The translations under genes were made by a program, and so were the position numbers. Below the pieces are notes generated by a model that saw nothing but the letters and a program-made list of their open reading frames with translations, ran no database searches and was not told the origin of the DNA. Shown piece after piece: positions 59,732 through 64,000 of a DNA stretch of 64,000 bases. The stretch lies in the sequence record ON529855.1; one strand, given 5' to 3'. How positions within the stretch are numbered: the stretch's first letter is position 1; each line of letters starts with the position of its first letter.

Positions 59732-59972
59732 GGGTGTCGACGGGGTCCTGCTCGGCGCCTGGCTCATGGACCGAGACTCGGTGTCGCTGGGGCGCACGGT
59801 TCAGATCGGCTGGGGCTATATCTACGGGGATCGCAAGGGCCGGTTCGAGGACGGCGCCTACATCCACACCTCCTACTTCACTGCGGAGCCTGTCGACGGG
59901 GTCTATAAGACCCTGAACTCGACCTATCGCCTACGTCTGCGCCCGGAGACCGCTGATGACGCTGACGCCTGA
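59661..59972 (+). CDS. hypothetical protein (103 aa; GYIYGDRKGRFEDG..IHTS...TLNSTY)
   Basis: Motif common in phage hypothetical proteins. Confidence 0.7.
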   Translation: MSAYLQAPAHIAAEAAGLTPADFEGVDGVLLGAWLMDRDSVSLGRTVQIGWGYIYGDRKGRFEDGAYIHTSYFTAEPVDGVYKTLNSTYRLRLRPETADDADA

Positions 59973-60222
59973 AGACCTGGAGGCGCAACACCGCGCTATT
60001 CTGGAGTCGATGACGCCGGATCAGATGCTGGTCATGGCGCGTGAGATGGTGGCGTCGCGGGCGCGGCTGGAATCGGAGCGCGTGGGTCAGTTCGTGTCCC
60101 GCAAGGAGAGTCTTGACGCGGTGTTCGCCGCCGAGGCCGCCGCCCGCGATCTGGGAGCCGAGCCGAAGATCGACTTCTTCCTGCCGCTCGACAACGACTT
60201 CCCCGAGGCCCGCCTGCCGTGA
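59956..60222 (+). CDS. hypothetical protein (88 aa)
   Basis: GGAG SD. Confidence 0.6.
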   Translation: MTLTPEDLEAQHRAILESMTPDQMLVMAREMVASRARLESERVGQFVSRKESLDAVFAAEAAARDLGAEPKIDFFLPLDNDFPEARLP

Positions 60223-60959
60223 CGCTTACGGTCAGCCCGACGTTGCGTGCGGCGCTCGGCGCTTCTCTGGACGCGTTCAAGGCGTCGAACGCCCGGCGCC
60301 CGGAGGGTCGGAATGTGCGTCCTTCCTCGGACGCGGCCGATGCGATGCTCTTGGCTTTAGGAGGCCCTATGACCGCCACCGCCGTCCGTCACGCCTTGCA
60401 GGCGGAGAAGGGTCACCACGTCACGATAGCGCAGCTATCGGGCGACCACCGACATGTGCCGATAGCGCTGCTGGAACAGGTCGGGCGCAGCCTGGTGGTC
60501 ACGCTTATCGAGCGCGCCGCTCGGCCGCAGGCGTCTTCACCGACCGCCGCGACAGTCCGCCTATTGGCGGACGCCGCCCTCCTGACGGCCCGTTTGGATC
60601 GCGTGTCGGACGCCGCCTATGACTTCGGCGCCCACGAATGTTCGAGCCGTGGGGAGGGCGAGGCCACCGTGGATCGTCTGACCCGGCGCTTCAACGAGGA
60701 ATGCCGAGGGCGGCCGCTCTCCGGCGTCTCGGTGGTCAAGCGGCTCTTCGAGCGTTTTGACGAGAACGTCTATGGCCTGCAAGCGCTCGTCCTGGAGACC
60801 GCAAAGACCCAGAAGGTCTGGGATTTCAACGCTTGTCATGACTTCTATGGTCGGTATGAGCCTATCGTCGAGGCGGCGATGGACGCGGCGCTGATCCTGG
60901 AATCCCATTTTGAGGACCGCATCTTCGGTCCTCAGGAAGGCGGCGCCGATGCCAAGTGA
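60219..60959 (+). CDS. hypothetical protein (246 aa)
   Basis: GTGA overlap. Confidence 0.6.
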   Translation: MTLTVSPTLRAALGASLDAFKASNARRPEGRNVRPSSDAADAMLLALGGPMTATAVRHALQAEKGHHVTIAQLSGDHRHVPIALLEQVGRSLVVTLIERAARPQASSPTAATVRLLADAALLTARLDRVSDAAYDFGAHECSSRGEGEATVDRLTRRFNEECRGRPLSGVSVVKRLFERFDENVYGLQALVLETAKTQKVWDFNACHDFYGRYEPIVEAAMDAALILESHFEDRIFGPQEGGADAK

Positions 60960-61303
60960 CGCCGAAACCCTGACCCCGGAGGACCTGGCCGACATCGCCG
61001 CGTTCGAGACCTTGCCGCTGGACGCCCAGCTTCTGTTCGGCATCTGGTTCGGCGCGGGTCGCAAGGACAGCTTCACCCTGCGCCACGGCCTGAAGGAATG
61101 GAAGCCGACGACGCGCACTCAGGCCGCTCGACGTCCTGCTGTCCGCCGGGTTCATCTCGGTCGAACAGGAGCCCTGCGGCGCCAAGGTCTACCGGATGCT
61201 CAAGGACGCCCACGCCGCCCTGTTGTGGGCCATGGCCTATATCGAGGCGAACGACGCCCAGCGCGCCGCCGCCAAGTGGCGGCTGATGGAGCCGGTCGCT
61301 TGA
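60949..61303 (+). pseudogene. frameshifted ORF (about 117 aa if repaired; winged-helix-like)
   Basis: Span is 3n+1; phage-like codons continue in another frame after ~61125 (...TQ ALDVLLSAGFISVEQ...). Confidence 0.55.
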
Positions 61304-61361
61304 TCACTCGTGGGCTGCGCCCCCTCGTGACTGGCTGCGCCAGCCGACCTTCGGTCCGCCC

Positions 61362-61538
61362 ATGAGCGATCTGTGGGGCTGGCTGCTGCTCGGCTCGGCC
61401 GTCTGGGCGCTGGCGATGACGTTGTGGGGGCATGGCGGCGTCTTCCACTCCTCCCCGCGTCGGCGTGACGCCGGCCTTTCACTGACGGTCCGCAACGGCC
61501 GTTTGCACACCGGGCGTCGCCCCACGGAATCAACATGA
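61362..61538 (+). CDS. 58-aa single-TM microprotein (MSDLWGWLLLGSAVWALAMTLWG...)
   Basis: ATGA overlap with next ORF; not in ORF track. Confidence 0.55.
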   Translation: MSDLWGWLLLGSAVWALAMTLWGHGGVFHSSPRRRDAGLSLTVRNGRLHTGRRPTEST

Positions 61539-61795
61539 CCGACATCCCCCACAGAGACGACACGTCCAACATGGACGACACGCCTGACATTCTCCCCGGT
61601 TACCAGGAGATGCTTCAGGCCATGGCGAAGCCGGGCGGAACGTTGCGGTGCACGGCGGGCCGCGTTCCGCAAGGCGTGCTGGAGATGGAGGGTTACGGCC
61701 TGCTGGAGGTGATCGATTTTTCGCCTGAAGCGGGCGATCCGACCTATGCGCTCACCAAGCGGGGGAAGGCCTATGTCCAACTCCGCCTCGGCTGA
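61535..61795 (+). CDS. small winged-helix-like protein (86 aa)
   Basis: GLLEV...Y.LT.RGKAY wing motif. Confidence 0.6.
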   Translation: MTDIPHRDDTSNMDDTPDILPGYQEMLQAMAKPGGTLRCTAGRVPQGVLEMEGYGLLEVIDFSPEAGDPTYALTKRGKAYVQLRLG

Positions 61796-62156
61796 TCCGG
61801 CCCAGACGATCGAAACGCTCAAGACGCTGCTTCACGCGCAGCGCGCCATCAGCAACGAGGTCATGACCTACCTGCTGGAGCCTGCTGGGCGCGACCGCCT
61901 GATCCTGTGTGACAAGGTCCACCGGGCCGACGCGGAACTGCGCGTGGCGCTGAACGGCGGCGGATACGTCCGCAACCCCTGGCCCGAGGGCGGCTTCACC
62001 GCCGAGATGACGCGCGACCGGCGCGCCCTGATCGACAAGATGCGCAAGCGCGCGGACGCGCTGCGCAGCCTGTTCCTGCGCGACGACGCCGACCTGATGG
62101 ACCAGGCGGCGCGCGAGATGGAGTATGACCTGCTGGCCTGGGCGGCGCCGCGATGA
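61773..62156 (+). CDS. hypothetical protein (127 aa)
   Basis: Start ATG 61773. Confidence 0.65.
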   Translation: MSNSASADPAQTIETLKTLLHAQRAISNEVMTYLLEPAGRDRLILCDKVHRADAELRVALNGGGYVRNPWPEGGFTAEMTRDRRALIDKMRKRADALRSLFLRDDADLMDQAAREMEYDLLAWAAPR

Positions 62157-62287
62157 ACGGACCGCCAGAGCCGCCGCCGATGCAGGTCGTGGAGCGCGGC
62201 CTGATCGAGCCCTGGGCGATCTGGCCCCTGATGATTCTGATCAGCCTGTCGATCGCCCTGATCCTGTTCGGGCTCGTCCTGGGTTAG
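62153..62287 (+). CDS. 44-aa C-terminal TM microprotein
   Basis: ATGA overlap; WAIWPLMILISLSIALILFGLVLG; not in ORF track. Confidence 0.6.
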   Translation: MNGPPEPPPMQVVERGLIEPWAIWPLMILISLSIALILFGLVLG

Positions 62288-62475
62288 GGCGGGGCCACGC
62301 GATCCAGACCGGCGTCGAGGTGGGCGAGCGCGCGTTGCACCCGGTTGGACAGGGCGCGGACCGGAGCGCGCTCGCCCGACGGGGTCTGCTGCCGCAGCGC
62401 GCCCAGATCATGCAGCAGGGCGTCGAGGCGCTCCGCAATGGCGTCGGCTTCGCCGATAAGGTCTTCGAGGGTCAT
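62284..62475 (-). CDS. lone counter-oriented helical protein (63 aa)
   Basis: ORF with own promoter (62550-62578). Confidence 0.6.
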   Translation of the reverse strand: MTLEDLIGEADAIAERLDALLHDLGALRQQTPSGERAPVRALSNRVQRALAHLDAGLDRVAPP

Positions 62476-62549
62476 GGACAGGGTTCCTGGGATGGAGCCT
62501 GTCCAGGCGCCGGGATGAAGACCCCTGTCCAGGGACCACGCGAGCCTCA

Positions 62550-62578
62550 GTCCTAGCGCGACGGGCGCGCGTCGTCAA
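62550..62578 (-). promoter_or_regulatory. sigma70-like promoter
   Basis: TTGACG-N17-TAGGAC. Confidence 0.55.
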
Positions 62579-62596
62579 GGATTTGGCGCGAGATCG

Positions 62597-62625
62597 TTGA
62601 CAGACTGCACCGACTCGGCTACGCC
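62597..62625 (+). promoter_or_regulatory. sigma70-like promoter, back-to-back with the previous one
   Basis: TTGACA-N17-TACGCC. Confidence 0.6.
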
Positions 62626-62654
62626 GGTTCCTGACGAAGACGAAAGGAGGCCGC

Positions 62655-62957
62655 ATGTACGCCATCATCATGTCCGACGCCCGATCGATTGGTAAGAAGC
62701 CGGCGCTGAAACTGGGCTGGGTGACCAAGCGCCTGCCCGACGGCAGTCTGCGCGCCAACGTCGCGCCCCTCTCCACCCTGGGCAATCCGAAATGGTCCAA
62801 GACCGCGCGCTATGTGCGGGGCAACCAGGTCGCGCAGTTGTTCGGCCCGAACGTCAAGCCGACCTTGGCCGACATCAAGGCCATCCGGGACCGGATGAAG
62901 CCCTACCAGCCTCGCGCCGGCGGATTCGACGAAATGGGGCACTACGGCGGCGTTTAA
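62655..62957 (+). CDS. hypothetical protein (100 aa)
   Basis: SD AAAGGAGG. Confidence 0.7.
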   Translation: MYAIIMSDARSIGKKPALKLGWVTKRLPDGSLRANVAPLSTLGNPKWSKTARYVRGNQVAQLFGPNVKPTLADIKAIRDRMKPYQPRAGGFDEMGHYGGV

Positions 62958-63025
62958 CTTGACGCCGTGAATCCTGACAGTTAATGACGCTGATAACGGC
63001 AATCACGCCGTCTTCGTCATGCGCC

Positions 63026-63060
63026 GTTAACCATATTTGTTAACCGGTGGTTAACCTTAA
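63026..63060. promoter_or_regulatory. CtrA-binding-site cluster
   Basis: TTAA-CCGGTGG-TTAA (63040-63054; TTAA-N7-TTAA) and TTAACCAT half-site (63027-63034). Confidence 0.7.
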
Positions 63061-63087
63061 TGGTCCGGCGCCCTCCAAGGATTCACT

Positions 63088-64000
63088 ATGCCTTTCGTCT
63101 TGATCGGAGGCGCCGTCTTTGGCGTCATTCTGGTGCTCGCCCTTCTGGTCGCGCTCATGCTGCGCCGCGTCGTTCCCACCAACATGGTCCACATCGTCCA
63201 GCGCGGTAAGACGACCATCTCCTACGGCAAGGGCAAGGAAGCCGGCAACGTCTACTACGAGTGGCCCCAGTCGGTGCCGGCGCTGGGCGTGACCGTGACC
63301 CGCTTCCCCGAGAGCGTCTTCGACGTCAGCCTGGCGAACTACGAGGCCTACGACATCGGCCGCCTGCCGTTCGTGGTCGACATCGTCGCCTTCTACCGCG
63401 TCGAGAACTCCGAGACCGCCGCCCAGCGCGTCGCCTCGTTCGACGAACTCCAGCAGCAACTGAAGTCGGTCCTCCAGGGCGCGGTGCGCACCATCCTGTC
63501 GACCAACAAGCTGGAAGAGATCATGCAGGACCGGGCCAAGCTGGGCACCGAGTTCACCGCCGAGGTCAACCACCAGCTTCAGGAATGGGGCGTGACCACC
63601 GTCAAGTCCATCGAGTTCATGGACATTCGCGACAGCAGCGGTTCGAAGGTCATCGCCAATATGATGGCGAAGGAGCAGTCGCGCATCGAGAAGGAAAGCC
63701 GCATCACCGTCGCGGAAAACCTGCGCGAAGCCGAACTGAAGGAAATCGACGCCGACCGCGTCGTCGAGGTCCAGAAGCAGGACGCCCAGCAGCAACTCGG
63801 CATCCGGACCGCCGAGAAGGAACGCGCCGTCGGCATCGCCGATGAGCAGACGCGCCAGGAAGTCCTGCTGGAAAGCAAGCTGACCGCCGAGCGCCAGATG
63901 GACGTTCAGAAGATCAACGACGTGAAGACGGCCGAGATCGCCAAGGACGTCGCCATCGTCAAGGCCGAGCAGGACCGCGAGGTTCTGGTGGTTAAGTCGG
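63088..64000 (+). CDS. flotillin/SPFH (band 7) family membrane protein, runs off window end
   Basis: N-terminal TM, RVVPTN.VHIV, LPFVVDIVAFYRV, LQGAVR.IL, flotillin AE-rich coiled coil. Confidence 0.9.
   Translation, partial: MPFVLIGGAVFGVILVLALLVALMLRRVVPTNMVHIVQRGKTTISYGKGKEAGNVYYEWPQSVPALGVTVTRFPESVFDVSLANYEAYDIGRLPFVVDIVAFYRVENSETAAQRVASFDELQQQLKSVLQGAVRTILSTNKLEEIMQDRAKLGTEFTAEVNHQLQEWGVTTVKSIEFMDIRDSSGSKVIANMMAKEQSRIEKESRITVAENLREAELKEIDADRVVEVQKQDAQQQLGIRTAEKERAVGIADEQTRQEVLLESKLTAERQMDVQKINDVKTAEIAKDVAIVKAEQDREVLVVKS

Noticed and set aside
1-64000. Bacterial chromosome or ICE origin (because of serS, terC/D, rtcB)
   Set aside because: Dense small orphans, long unidirectional gene runs, repeated phage-type promoters and the absence of housekeeping operons favour a large phage; no hallmark structural genes are in the window to prove it.

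Overview
High-GC (roughly two-thirds G+C by eye), gene-dense segment of a large (jumbo-type) bacteriophage genome, most likely infecting Caulobacterales or related Alphaproteobacteria. The evidence is a GcrA-like gene, a Caulobacter-type XRE regulator, CtrA-box motifs and an alphaproteobacterial-type SerRS. No capsid, terminase or replication core genes, tRNAs or CRISPR arrays were recognised, so this is an accessory/early region. Positions 1-42610 are a minus-strand run of about 85 mostly small ORFs, punctuated by a repeated promoter motif (TTGACA-N17-TACA.. with CATTCCTT in the spacer; 11 motif copies). A lone plus-strand cadherin-repeat gene (42786-45995) follows. A plus-strand block (46659 to the end) carries a Ter/TelA stress operon, rtcB, MazG-like, metallophosphoesterase and HD (p)ppGpp-hydrolase-like genes, and a truncated flotillin. 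The best novelty candidate is an unannotated ~245-nt highly structured RNA (8105-8351, minus strand) co-transcribed directly behind a 198-aa helical protein. It has a long terminal stem with G-U pairs, UUCG hairpins and a tandem pyrimidine repeat. Other candidates are an RlmN-like radical SAM enzyme lacking the resolving cysteine, a minimal class II aaRS-like protein and a GcrA lacking its methyl-DNA-binding domain. All functional calls come from motif recognition by eye; no database searches were run.
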